This document shows positions 26,546 to 35,847 of a DNA stretch of 64,000 nt, one piece after another. The position numbers were made by a program, and so were the translations under genes. The stretch comes from an uncultured Verrucomicrobiota bacterium (lineage in GTDB: Bacteria; Verrucomicrobiota; Verrucomicrobiia; Limisphaerales; UBA9464). Every line of letters begins with the position of its first letter. The stretch's first letter is position 1. The stretch lies in NCBI GenBank assembly GCA_903907925.1, contig CAIVQB010000015.1, positions 1,203-65,202 on the forward strand. Reading direction: 5' to 3'. Under the pieces are notes generated by a model. The model saw only the letters and a program-made list of their open reading frames with translations, did not search any database and was not told where the DNA came from.

Positions 26546-29500
26546 TCAATCGACGAACACAAACTCATTCGCGGAGAGAAGGACCTGCGCGTATTGCTCC
26601 AGAGGCGTCAGTGGAACCGGTTGCTCGACCGGCCCCTGAAAATCCCGTCGCGCATCCCACGCCGGCCTCATACCGGCGGATCCCGTCTCCGAAATCGCCG
26701 GAGCCCAAGTGAAGCTGTCGGAGTTGTCGGACGCGCCGGGGCTGACCACGAAGTCGAGTGTGTCGCCCGCCTCCAGAATGATGGCATTGAGCGAAACCGT
26801 TTCCTTGCGGTGAAGGACGGTCCAGTCGCCGAGGACGCCGTGTCGGCTGGAGATTACCAGCGCCCGGATTCCGTCACCGGATTCCGAGGGATGATCGATG
26901 GAACCGGTGACCGAATAGGACCCCTTGGCCGGAGCGGTCCAGCGGCGAACGACGGACTCCGCCGGGCTGGGGCCGGGATGACCGCCCCTGGCATTCAGGT
27001 GGGTGAATCGGTTTCGTGAATCGGGAATCATGGTGTCGTGCTGCCAGGTGTCCTTGACGAACCGGGCGAGGGGACGCCAGTTGCGGAGGTGACCGTCGGG
27101 TTGGAGTTCGCCGGTGCCGTACGACCAGAACGCGGCGGGGGGCGGGGTGATGGGCGTGATCACCGGATGATCGAGGAAGGCGCGGGCCATGACGCGTTCC
27201 TGATCGGTTGGCGGACGTTGAAACGCCAGTTCGTGCATTCGTTCCAACTTCAGTTCGCGGCTGGGCGCGGAGGCGACGGCGGATTGAGCCACGAATTCCC
27301 TCGCGCGGTCGGCCATGAAAGGACTGTTCAGCAGGAACAACGCCTGCTGTGGGACGGTCGTCTGATACCGCATGGACGCCGTGCTGTCGGGACTGGCGAA
27401 ATCAAAGGCACGCAGCAGACCGGGAAGATTCTGGCGGTCAATGAAGCCGTAAAGAGTGCGGCGCGGCGCACTGACACCCTCGAACACCTGGACCGGTTGT
27501 CCGCCCATCGCTTCGTCCAACGAGCCGCTGGCCGCGAGCAGGCTGTCGCGCAGCGCTTCGAAATCGGCGCGCTTCCGGTTCATGCGCCACCAGAGTTGAT
27601 TCGCCGAATCCGCCGCTTCGTTGCGGGCGAACGCCGCGCGAACTGCCGGATCGGTGCCGGGATCGCTGGCCTGCTGATACGTGGCCGACATCAACAGATA
27701 GCGATGGAGCGCTTTGAGGGACCAACCATGGTCCATGAACCACACGGCGAGATGATCCAGCAGTTCGGGGTGGGAGGGTGGATCGCTGCGGACGCCGAAA
27801 TCCCCGGGCGTCCGTACCAAGGGAGCACCGAAGTGGAGATTCCAAACCCGGTTGACGAGGACCCGCGCCGTGAGCGGATTGTCGCGGCTGGCAATGGCCT
27901 CGGCGAATTCGAGTCGTCCGCTGCCGTGGGTGAAGGGTTTGCGATTGGGGCCGGCGAGGATTTCCAGGAATTGCCGCGGGACCCGCGGGCCCGGGTTCCC
28001 CGGATTGCCGCGCTTGAACACCACGGGTTCGCTCGCCGTGGCCTTGTCCACCAGGGCCATCGCGCGCAACGGTGCGCCGGGATCCGTGGCTTCCAGTTCC
28101 TCGATCTGCCGTCGCAAGGCGCGGGTTTTCTGCGCCACGGGCACGTCGAAGAACCGGTCGATGTTGCGGGCGGCCTCCTGGAGCGGTGAATCGTCCGCGT
28201 GAAGGATCGCCCGCAGGGCCTCGGCGTTCGGATCGGAAAGGGCGGTCGGCACCGGTTGCTGGGTCTGTCGGGCCAATTCCACCCGATTGGTCCATTGGGT
28301 CTCGATCTCCTGGAACAGCTTCGCGTAAATCCGCGCGACGTCGTCCCGTTTTTCGAGGGGTTGATTTCGGAACGCGGCGGCCACGAGGGGGTTCACCGCA
28401 GGCACAGGAGGATCGGCGAGATGCTGCCGAATCCAGACCGCGGCGTTCGTCGAAAAGGTGGCTGCGGGCATTGCGGCCAGCGCGGTCCACGGACCGAATA
28501 CCGGATGCGGCGTGGTTCGCCACTGTTCGAGGCGGGTCTTCCACGCGGTCACCAGTCCCGGATCCAGGCTCCGGGTGCGGGCGAGGATTTCCAGTTTGGA
28601 GCCGTCGAGAGGCAGCGCTTCCTGGGCGGTCAGGAGGTAGTCACCGGTCTGACGGCCGAGGCGGTTCAGGATTTCGGCGGTCCGGTCGGCGCGATAGCGC
28701 GAAAGTTCCTCGGTGCGACGGCGGTGTTCCTCGGTGTAGCGACCGGACAGGAAGGCATTGGGATTCGGGCCGAGCAGGGGCTTTTCCGCGGGCTCCTGAC
28801 TGCTGTCGAGAATTCCGTAGATCGAGTAATAGTCCGCCGTCGGGATGGGATCGAACTTGTGATCATGGCATCGCGCGCAGCCCACGGTGAGCGCCATCGT
28901 GCCGCGGCAGATCACGTCGATGCGATCATCAATGATGTCGGCGTTGTTGTTAAGAAACCGCCGACCCAGCGTCAGGAATCCCTGGGCGGCCATCGGCCAC
29001 GGATTGTCGGGCGTCGCCACTTGGTCGCCGGCGATCTGCGCCACCAGGAAGCGGTCATAGGGCAGGTCCTCGTTCAGCGCGCGCACCACCCAGTCACGGT
29101 AGGTATAGGCGTAGGCATAGCGGCGTTCCTCCTCGAACACATAACCCTTCGAATCGGCATAACGCGCCACGTCCAGCCAATGTCGGCCCCAGCGCTCCCC
29201 GTAACGTGGCGACGCGAGCAGCCGATCCACTGCGGCGGAATAGGCGTCGGGCGAAGTGTCGGCGAGAAACGTCCGCATCTCGCCGGGAGTGGGTGGCAAT
29301 CCGGTGAGATCGTAGGTGATCCGTCGCAGCAGGGTCCGCCGATCGGCGCGGGGGGTGGGTTTGAGTCCGGCCTGTTCCAGGCGCACGCGCACGAACCGAT
29401 CCAGTGTCGTCAACAGTCCTTCACCCGGCGCTGCGGGTTCGTGGAGGATTGGCGGCGGCGCGTCGATCGGTTTGCGAAAGGCCCAATGTTGTTCCGGTGC

Positions 29501-29926
29501 CGGGAGGGCCACCTCGGTTCCGCGCGGATCCGGAGCGCCCATTCGAATCCATTCCTCCAGCGCCGCGATTTCGGTTGGCTTGAGCGGTTCGCCTTTCGGC
29601 GGCATGCGGTCGAGGTCCTTGGCGGTGCCATGAACAGCCTGGAGCAGGAGACTGTCTTCGGGCTTGCCCGGAACGAGGGCCGGACCGGTGGCGCCTCCCT
29701 TCAATACCCCGGCGGACAGGTCCAATCGGAGTCCACCCTTGAGCTTCTCCGCTTTGGCGCTGTGACAGGAATAGCAACGGTCGGCGAGCAGGGGCCGGAT
29801 CTTGTTCTCGAAGAAGTCGACCTGCGCCGGTGGTACCGCGGCCAGAGCCCGGACCGAGTGAATCACCGCCACGGCAATCCCCGCCCAGGAGGCGATTCGA
29901 CGGTTCGGGATGGAAAGCAATGACAT
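26546..29926 (-). CDS. PSCyt (planctomycete cytochrome c) / DUF1549 / DUF1553 domain protein
   Basis: ATG 29926 and a signal peptide. Heme motif CYSCH in FFENKIRPLLADRCYSCHS, a DUF1549-type motif (RRITYDLTGLPPTPGEM), a second CxxCH-like motif (CARCHDHKFDP), and a DUF1553-like C-terminal half. About 1126 aa. Confidence 0.9.
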   Translation of the reverse strand: MSLLSIPNRRIASWAGIAVAVIHSVRALAAVPPAQVDFFENKIRPLLADRCYSCHSAKAEKLKGGLRLDLSAGVLKGGATGPALVPGKPEDSLLLQAVHGTAKDLDRMPPKGEPLKPTEIAALEEWIRMGAPDPRGTEVALPAPEQHWAFRKPIDAPPPILHEPAAPGEGLLTTLDRFVRVRLEQAGLKPTPRADRRTLLRRITYDLTGLPPTPGEMRTFLADTSPDAYSAAVDRLLASPRYGERWGRHWLDVARYADSKGYVFEEERRYAYAYTYRDWVVRALNEDLPYDRFLVAQIAGDQVATPDNPWPMAAQGFLTLGRRFLNNNADIIDDRIDVICRGTMALTVGCARCHDHKFDPIPTADYYSIYGILDSSQEPAEKPLLGPNPNAFLSGRYTEEHRRRTEELSRYRADRTAEILNRLGRQTGDYLLTAQEALPLDGSKLEILARTRSLDPGLVTAWKTRLEQWRTTPHPVFGPWTALAAMPAATFSTNAAVWIRQHLADPPVPAVNPLVAAAFRNQPLEKRDDVARIYAKLFQEIETQWTNRVELARQTQQPVPTALSDPNAEALRAILHADDSPLQEAARNIDRFFDVPVAQKTRALRRQIEELEATDPGAPLRAMALVDKATASEPVVFKRGNPGNPGPRVPRQFLEILAGPNRKPFTHGSGRLEFAEAIASRDNPLTARVLVNRVWNLHFGAPLVRTPGDFGVRSDPPSHPELLDHLAVWFMDHGWSLKALHRYLLMSATYQQASDPGTDPAVRAAFARNEAADSANQLWWRMNRKRADFEALRDSLLAASGSLDEAMGGQPVQVFEGVSAPRRTLYGFIDRQNLPGLLRAFDFASPDSTASMRYQTTVPQQALFLLNSPFMADRAREFVAQSAVASAPSRELKLERMHELAFQRPPTDQERVMARAFLDHPVITPITPPPAAFWSYGTGELQPDGHLRNWRPLARFVKDTWQHDTMIPDSRNRFTHLNARGGHPGPSPAESVVRRWTAPAKGSYSVTGSIDHPSESGDGIRALVISSRHGVLGDWTVLHRKETVSLNAIILEAGDTLDFVVSPGASDNSDSFTWAPAISETGSAGMRPAWDARRDFQGPVEQPVPLTPLEQYAQVLLSANEFVFVD

Positions 29927-30199
29927 GGGCGGTGTGGAGCGGGGCAATCGAGTCTCGCGCCCCAATGTTGGAAGTCAAAAACGGACGTGGATCTGCCGAT
30001 ATTCATCTGGAGACCGGATTTGTCGCTCCCTGGGTGGAACGAGATCGCGGGTGGGGCTGCGGATTTGGGGCCGGAGGAACGAACAAAATGGCACCGGATC
30101 GGAATCCAGCCACATTGGAGAGGGTGGGTCTCCTGACGCCGACCGAGCGCTTCAATTTTTCGGATGGGCTCGAATCCCACGCCGTTGCACACTCAGACA

Positions 30200-31825
30200 A
30201 TGTCAGAAGTCCAGGCCGCCCGATCGACCTCCGCCCCCGCGGCGGTTCGTCTTCCGTTGAACTGGCCGTTCGTGGTGCTGCTCGCCGGTCTCTGGGCCTG
30301 GGCGGTTTCGATCAACTTCCCGTTTTGGGACACCGATCCCAACTATTCCTACGGATTCGTCGTGCCCCTGTTGGTGGTGTTCTTCCTGTGGAAACGCCTG
30401 GGTACCGAGCCCGCGGACTTCTGGACCTTTCCCGCCGTTCCCGACACGGCGCGACGGCTGCCGGCGTGGTTGATTGCCGTTCCGGCACTCGCGTTGTTTC
30501 CGGTCGAGGTGTACCGGATTGAGTATCACCAATCCGGGATCGTGCTTTGGGCGATCAACCTCGCGACCGTCTGGTTCACCCTGGCGGGAGCGTTGTGGCT
30601 CGGAGGCCGGCGATTGCTCCTCGCGGTGTTGTTTCCGGTGCTTTTCTTTCTGACCGCGGTGCCGTGGCCGGCCAAGGTCGCGGTGCCCGTCCAGCAGGCG
30701 TTGATGACCGGTGTGGCCCAGGTGGTCGCGGAAATCCTGCTCTGGCTGGGAGTGCCGGTCGGCCTGGACGGCGCGGTCCTGCATCTGAGCAAGGGCACGG
30801 TCGGCATCGTGGAGGCATGCAGCGGAATCCGATCTCTGCAATCAGGTCTGATGGTCAGTCTGGCGGTGGGGGAATTGCTGGGACTGACCCGCCCGCGTCG
30901 GAACGGTCTGGTGGCCGGCGCCATCGCGCTGGCCTTGATCAGCAACCTCGCCCGGACTTTCACGCTGTGCTGGATCATGGAACAACACGGCGACGAGGCG
31001 ATGCATCACTGGCATGACCGGGTGGGAAACATCGCCATGTATTCCCTGTACGCGCTGGTGTATGTGGGCGGGAAATTGTTGGAACCCCGTGACGGGGCTC
31101 CGTGGCCGGACGGCAGCGGAAGTTGGAAGGATCGGGTCGGACGGTTGCAGTGGGTGCAGGTGCCGGATTTGCGGCCGCTGCTGGCGATTACCGGGGCGAT
31201 GTTCACGGTGGTCCACGTCTGGTATTTCGTGCTCAAACTCCAGGCCCGGCCCCAGATGGAACCGTATTTCGAACTGCGCGCCGACAGCGCGACCAACGGG
31301 GTGACCCAGACCGAGTTCGACTCCGAAGTCTGGAAGCGGCTCGGGGCGAATTCCGGCGAACAAGTCCGCCAGAAAACAGCGCTCGCCCCCTTCGGGTTCG
31401 TCGACGCCTATCACCTCTTCTGGCGTCCGTCGCCGATGAGCAAGATCGCCCTCCATCATCGCCCCGATATTTGCATGCCGGGATCCGGATGGGTTCAGGT
31501 AGGGGAGGTGGAAACGTTGGAGATGCCGCTCGATGGACAATCCCTGCACTTTCTGCTGTTCCGATTTGAACGGGGCGACACCCGGGCGGTGCAGGTGTGG
31601 GGTGTCTGGCGGAATGGGCGTCCGGTGGAAATGGACTATTCCAGCAAATTGACCGCACTGCCGGAGAAATACCGGCCGATCCCCAGTGCGCGGCATTTGA
31701 TGGGGGTGGAATTGGTGTCGCTGTTTGTCCCCTACAAGGGAACTGTTGCGCCGTCGGAATCATTGATCCGGATGTTGCTCCCGCAGATTTTCAGGTATCA
31801 CACTCCCGCAATCCCCGCCGGTTGA
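30200..31825 (+). CDS. exosortase fused to an EpsI-family C-terminal domain
   Basis: ATG 30200. A polytopic N-terminal half carries the exosortase catalytic signatures (VEACSGIRSL Cys, NLARTF Arg, HHWHDRVG His). A soluble C-terminal ~220 aa follows a last TM helix, as in EpsI. Confidence 0.82.
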   Translation: MSEVQAARSTSAPAAVRLPLNWPFVVLLAGLWAWAVSINFPFWDTDPNYSYGFVVPLLVVFFLWKRLGTEPADFWTFPAVPDTARRLPAWLIAVPALALFPVEVYRIEYHQSGIVLWAINLATVWFTLAGALWLGGRRLLLAVLFPVLFFLTAVPWPAKVAVPVQQALMTGVAQVVAEILLWLGVPVGLDGAVLHLSKGTVGIVEACSGIRSLQSGLMVSLAVGELLGLTRPRRNGLVAGAIALALISNLARTFTLCWIMEQHGDEAMHHWHDRVGNIAMYSLYALVYVGGKLLEPRDGAPWPDGSGSWKDRVGRLQWVQVPDLRPLLAITGAMFTVVHVWYFVLKLQARPQMEPYFELRADSATNGVTQTEFDSEVWKRLGANSGEQVRQKTALAPFGFVDAYHLFWRPSPMSKIALHHRPDICMPGSGWVQVGEVETLEMPLDGQSLHFLLFRFERGDTRAVQVWGVWRNGRPVEMDYSSKLTALPEKYRPIPSARHLMGVELVSLFVPYKGTVAPSESLIRMLLPQIFRYHTPAIPAG

Positions 31826-31846
31826 ATCCGGTTTCCATCTTCCACC

Positions 31847-33619
31847 ATGGACCCTTCCAAACCGCATTCCTCCCGGCCGCATGGATCCAAAGGTCGTGTC
31901 CGGGTCGTCCGCGCCACCGGGGTGCTGGCGGATGCGACGGTGGTGATCCGCCGGTTCCTGATCCTGGTGGGTGTGGTGTTGGCAATCGGTGTTGCCGCGA
32001 AGATTGCCTATTCGCCGGGCAAGGCGTGGTGGGGGCGGCGACAGGCGCGTGCTTCCGAGGTGCTTTGGAATGGCGGTGACATGGCCGGTGCGGGGCAACG
32101 CCTCAAGGCGGCGCTGCATTATGGCCCGCGCGATCCCGAGGTGCTGCGCTGGGCGGCGCGGTACTGCGCCCGGGCGGGATTGCCGCAGGGGCTGACCTAT
32201 TTTGAAATGCTCCTCGGGCTTCCCCAATCCACTCGCGCGGATCGCATTGACTACATTGAACTGGCGCTGAACCTCAACCGGATCGATCTCGCCGGTGTGG
32301 AGATTACCCGGATGTTGGCGGTGGAACCGGATGCCCTGGACCTGCTTCACCTCCTGATCCGTCAGCAGCGTGGAGCCCGGGACATCGACGGGGCCATCCG
32401 AACCTCCCGCCATACGGTGTTGCTGAAACCGGCTGACGAGCGAAATCAGTTCGTGCTCGGTTCCCTGCTGCTGGAAAAGCGTTCGGTCCCGGCGCTGGTC
32501 GGCGAAGGGCGCCGATTGCTGATCGGACTGGTCGTCGCCAACGGGACGACTGCCGGACGGGCGGTGTCGAGGCTGGCGGCGGCGGGCGGGTTGGGCCGCG
32601 GCGAAATTGAAGTCCTGTTGAAGTGGCTGGCCAGTCATCCGCCCACTGCGATGGCCGACCGGCTCCTGGCCGTGGATCTCCGGCTGATGGCGAATCCGCA
32701 GGACAGCAACCGACTGGTGGCGCAAACCGTCCGGTCGCTCGAACCGGAATTCCAAACCACGAACCTTCCCGTGGTGATCAACTGGGCGACGTCCCGGGGC
32801 GGCTCCGCCGCATTGCTGGAAACCCTGCCCGTGGGTGCTGCGGCGACCAACAAGACCACGCTGGGATTGCGCGCGGTGATCCTCGCCAATCTTCAACAAT
32901 GGAATGAGCTGGAGACCCTGCTGACCGCCAATGAAAGCCGGTTCGAGAAGTTCATTCTCGAATCGTTGAGGGGCCGCATTGCCTTTGCCCGCGGGCGGTA
33001 TTCGGAGGCGCAGCCGCATTTTGAGGCGGCCATGGACGCTCCCGGGGTCCGGGTGGTTCAACTGCGAACCTTCGCCCGCGAACTCGAGGCAATCGGGGAC
33101 ACCTTGATGGCTGCCCGCTCGCTGCGCCGGGCGATGGTCCTGGCCGTCCGGTCCGGTGACGCCACCGTTGTCCTGAATGCCGGCCTCGAGGTGCTTCGAT
33201 TGCTGGGCCCGACCGACGAATCAGAGATCATCCGGGACACCTTGCATCAATTGAATGATGCGCTGCCGGGTGACGATGCGCTCGCCGGTGAACGGGCGTG
33301 GTTTGATCTGTTTTATGTGGACGAGATCGCCAAAGCCTCTGAAACCGCGCGCCGGCTGCGTGCGCGGCATCCGGAAGATCCCCAATGGCGTTTTCTGGTG
33401 GCGCTGGGTGAATTGCGGGTGGGCCGGGCCGTGGAGGCCCTGCAGGCCATCGAGGAGCAGCCGGTCACCGGATCGGCGATGCGGCCCCGCTGGAAGGCGG
33501 TGTATGTCGCCGCACTGGGAGCGGGTGGACGCCGTGAAGCCGCCCGGAGGCTCGCAATCCAGATTCCCGACGACGGTCTGAAGTCGATCGAACGGCGTCT
33601 GGTGGATCCCTGGCGTTGA
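31847..33619 (+). CDS. membrane-anchored TPR-like helical-repeat protein
   Basis: The gene starts 22 nt after the exosortase gene. It has a TM helix (FLILVGVVLAIGVAAKIA) followed by Ala/Leu/Arg-rich repeated helical pairs. The competing antisense ORF 31760..33061 has no motifs. Confidence 0.6.
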   Translation: MDPSKPHSSRPHGSKGRVRVVRATGVLADATVVIRRFLILVGVVLAIGVAAKIAYSPGKAWWGRRQARASEVLWNGGDMAGAGQRLKAALHYGPRDPEVLRWAARYCARAGLPQGLTYFEMLLGLPQSTRADRIDYIELALNLNRIDLAGVEITRMLAVEPDALDLLHLLIRQQRGARDIDGAIRTSRHTVLLKPADERNQFVLGSLLLEKRSVPALVGEGRRLLIGLVVANGTTAGRAVSRLAAAGGLGRGEIEVLLKWLASHPPTAMADRLLAVDLRLMANPQDSNRLVAQTVRSLEPEFQTTNLPVVINWATSRGGSAALLETLPVGAAATNKTTLGLRAVILANLQQWNELETLLTANESRFEKFILESLRGRIAFARGRYSEAQPHFEAAMDAPGVRVVQLRTFARELEAIGDTLMAARSLRRAMVLAVRSGDATVVLNAGLEVLRLLGPTDESEIIRDTLHQLNDALPGDDALAGERAWFDLFYVDEIAKASETARRLRARHPEDPQWRFLVALGELRVGRAVEALQAIEEQPVTGSAMRPRWKAVYVAALGAGGRREAARRLAIQIPDDGLKSIERRLVDPWR

Positions 33620-33658
33620 ACTGCCATTGGCACTGTTTGCAGCGGCCCCGGAGGATTG

Positions 33659-33835
33659 CTCAGACGCGCTCTCAGGATTGAGTACGAGGGAGCGGCCGAC
33701 CACGCCATGAGTCGTGGCGACCGGCGGGAGGCCATCTTTCGGGATCGCCGCCGATCTGGAACGATTTGTGGAAACTTTGGGCGAAGCTGGCGGCATGATG
33801 GGGCGGCAGACGTGCTTTCAATCCGTTCCGCAGGG
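33659..33835 (+). pseudogene. degenerate N-terminal remnant of an IS200/RayT-like Y1 transposase-family gene
   Basis: LRIEYEGAADHAMSRGDRREAIF resembles the conserved N-terminus (R-hEY.GA.YHV.nRGn.R..IF) of PVC 'transposase' ORFs. After a +1 shift the reading ADLERFVETLGEAGG continues the expected pattern. There is no ATG, and the remnant is truncated after ~55 codons. Confidence 0.4.
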
Positions 33836-33840
33836 TTGAA

Positions 33841-34650
33841 ATGCCGGCCGCGACCGGCCACGGTCGCCGGGTGCTGGCGCTGTTTCATGAGTTTCTCAAC
33901 CCCGCCGAGCTGCTGACCAATCCGGTCACCTGGCTCCTGATCGCATTCCAATTGTGGATGCTGGTCGACGCGATCCGGCGCGAGGAATGGATCTGGGCGG
34001 TCTGCATTTTCTTTTTCACCACGCTCAGCGCCCTCCTGTATTACTTCATGGTCTATCGCCAGCAGGGCCCGGCCGGTGGCGGAGGTTTGACGCGCGGGTT
34101 TGAATTTCCGGGGGCAAAGGAACGCCGTCGAATCCGTGAACTTCAGGGCCGGATCCATCATCTCGACAAGGCCCGTGACCATCTCGATCTTGCGGACATC
34201 TATTTCAGCCGGGGCCGGTTGAAGGACGCCGAGGCCAGTTACCGGGCCTCCCTCGAGCGCGACGGCGGGGATCTCGACGCCGTCGCCCATCTCGGCCAAT
34301 GCCTGCTCCGCCAGGCGCGGGCGGCAGAGGCCCGTCCCCTCCTCGAACGGGTGGTCCAAACCGACCCCCGACATGATTACGGTCACACCTTGATGGCCCT
34401 GGCGGAGACCCAGACCGCCCTCGGCGATTCGAACGGTGCTTTTGCGACCTGGCAGCGGGTGTTGGAAAACCACGGCTATGCGCGGGCCCGCGTCCAGTTC
34501 GCCGAACTTCTCATCCAGCGCGGCGATCGTCCGCGGGCGAAGGCCGAGTTGACCGAGCTGATCTCCGACGATCTTCATGCGCCTCGATTTCAACGGGGCC
34601 GGGACAAGACCTGGATCCGCCGGGCCCGGACCCTTCTCGCCCGGGTGTGA
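33841..34650 (+). CDS. PLDc_N-like two-helix membrane domain fused to TPR repeats
   Basis: WLLIAFQLWMLVDAIRREEWIWAVCIFFFTTLSALLYYFMVY matches the cardiolipin-synthase N-terminal (PLDc_N) pattern. The C-terminal portion has TPR-like repeats (ADIYFSRGRLKDAEASYRASLERD...). Confidence 0.7.
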   Translation: MPAATGHGRRVLALFHEFLNPAELLTNPVTWLLIAFQLWMLVDAIRREEWIWAVCIFFFTTLSALLYYFMVYRQQGPAGGGGLTRGFEFPGAKERRRIRELQGRIHHLDKARDHLDLADIYFSRGRLKDAEASYRASLERDGGDLDAVAHLGQCLLRQARAAEARPLLERVVQTDPRHDYGHTLMALAETQTALGDSNGAFATWQRVLENHGYARARVQFAELLIQRGDRPRAKAELTELISDDLHAPRFQRGRDKTWIRRARTLLARV

Positions 34651-35789
34651 ATTCCGTCCCTGATCCAGAGGACCAATGGTTGCCGACCGGTGAGTCGTAT
34701 TTCGCGTCGCTCACCACGGAACTTCAGCGTGCCTCCCTGAGCGTCCGGTTCGAGACCTATATTTTTGCACCGGACGCGACCGGACGACGGGTGCGCGACG
34801 TTCTGGTTTCCGTCGCCGAACGGGGAGTCCGGGTCAGCGTTTTGGTGGATGGACTCGGTGCGAACGAACTTCCCGATGATTTCTGGGATCCGCTACTGAA
34901 GGCCGGTGCCTCCGTCGTGGTGTTCAATCCGCTGGAGTTGCGGCGGCTGGGAATACGGGATCACCGCAAGCTGGTGGTGATCGACGAGCGCCTGGCGTGG
35001 GTCGGTGGCATCAACGTGGCCGATGAATACACCGGCGACGGGGTGACGCACGGCTGGGCCGACTGCGGATTCCTGCTGACCGGCGCCCCCGCCGGACAGT
35101 TGGCCCGCGAGTTCGATGCCATGCTGGCCGAGTGCGATGAGATCCAGCCCCAAACCGTGGTGGCCCGGCTGCGGCGGGGCATTCGTCCGCCGGCGCGTGA
35201 ATTGGGGCCCCATATTCAGTTGCTGGTCAGCGGTCCCGGACGAAAGGCGAACGCGTTCCAAAAACTGCTGCGGGAGGATGTGGCGGCGTCCGCCGCCGTC
35301 CAGTTTGTTGCGGCTTATTTTCTCCCGGGCTATCGGATGCGCCGTCTGTTGCGCGGCGTGGCCCAACGGGGTGTCCGGGTTCAGGTCCTCGTTCCGGGCC
35401 GGACCGATGTACCGCTGGCACGACGCGCGGCACGACATCTGTATTCCGGATTGCTCCGGTCGGGGGTGGAGCTCTGGGAGTATCAACCGCAGGTGTTGCA
35501 CGCGAAGCTGTTTCTCGCCAACAACGCCGTCTACGTCGGCTCCTCCAATCTCGACACCCGCAGCCTGCACATCAATTACGAGTTGATGCTGCGCCTGACC
35601 GATCCGCAGCAGGTCGCGGGTGGCCGTGAAATCGTTGCCGGATTGATGCGGCAATCAAAGCGGGTGGATCCCAGAACCTGGGCCGCCTCGCGGTCGTGGA
35701 TCGAGCGCTGGCGGGATCAATGGGCGTATTGGATCCTGTCGCGAGTGGATCCCTACGTGACCCGGTGGCTCGCACTGGGCCCCCGTTGA
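34647..35789 (+). CDS. phospholipase D / cardiolipin synthase family protein (ClsB-like, no TM domain)
   Basis: The GTG overlaps the upstream stop (GTGA). Two HKD motifs are present: HRKLVVIDERLAWVGGINVADEY and LHAKLFLANNAVYVGSSNLDTRS. Confidence 0.88.
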   Translation: MNSVPDPEDQWLPTGESYFASLTTELQRASLSVRFETYIFAPDATGRRVRDVLVSVAERGVRVSVLVDGLGANELPDDFWDPLLKAGASVVVFNPLELRRLGIRDHRKLVVIDERLAWVGGINVADEYTGDGVTHGWADCGFLLTGAPAGQLAREFDAMLAECDEIQPQTVVARLRRGIRPPARELGPHIQLLVSGPGRKANAFQKLLREDVAASAAVQFVAAYFLPGYRMRRLLRGVAQRGVRVQVLVPGRTDVPLARRAARHLYSGLLRSGVELWEYQPQVLHAKLFLANNAVYVGSSNLDTRSLHINYELMLRLTDPQQVAGGREIVAGLMRQSKRVDPRTWAASRSWIERWRDQWAYWILSRVDPYVTRWLALGPR

Positions 35790-35847
35790 AGCCTGTTCGC
35801 TGAATTCGAGTGGATTGGCACGTTCGAAACCCAACCACCCGGCGGGT

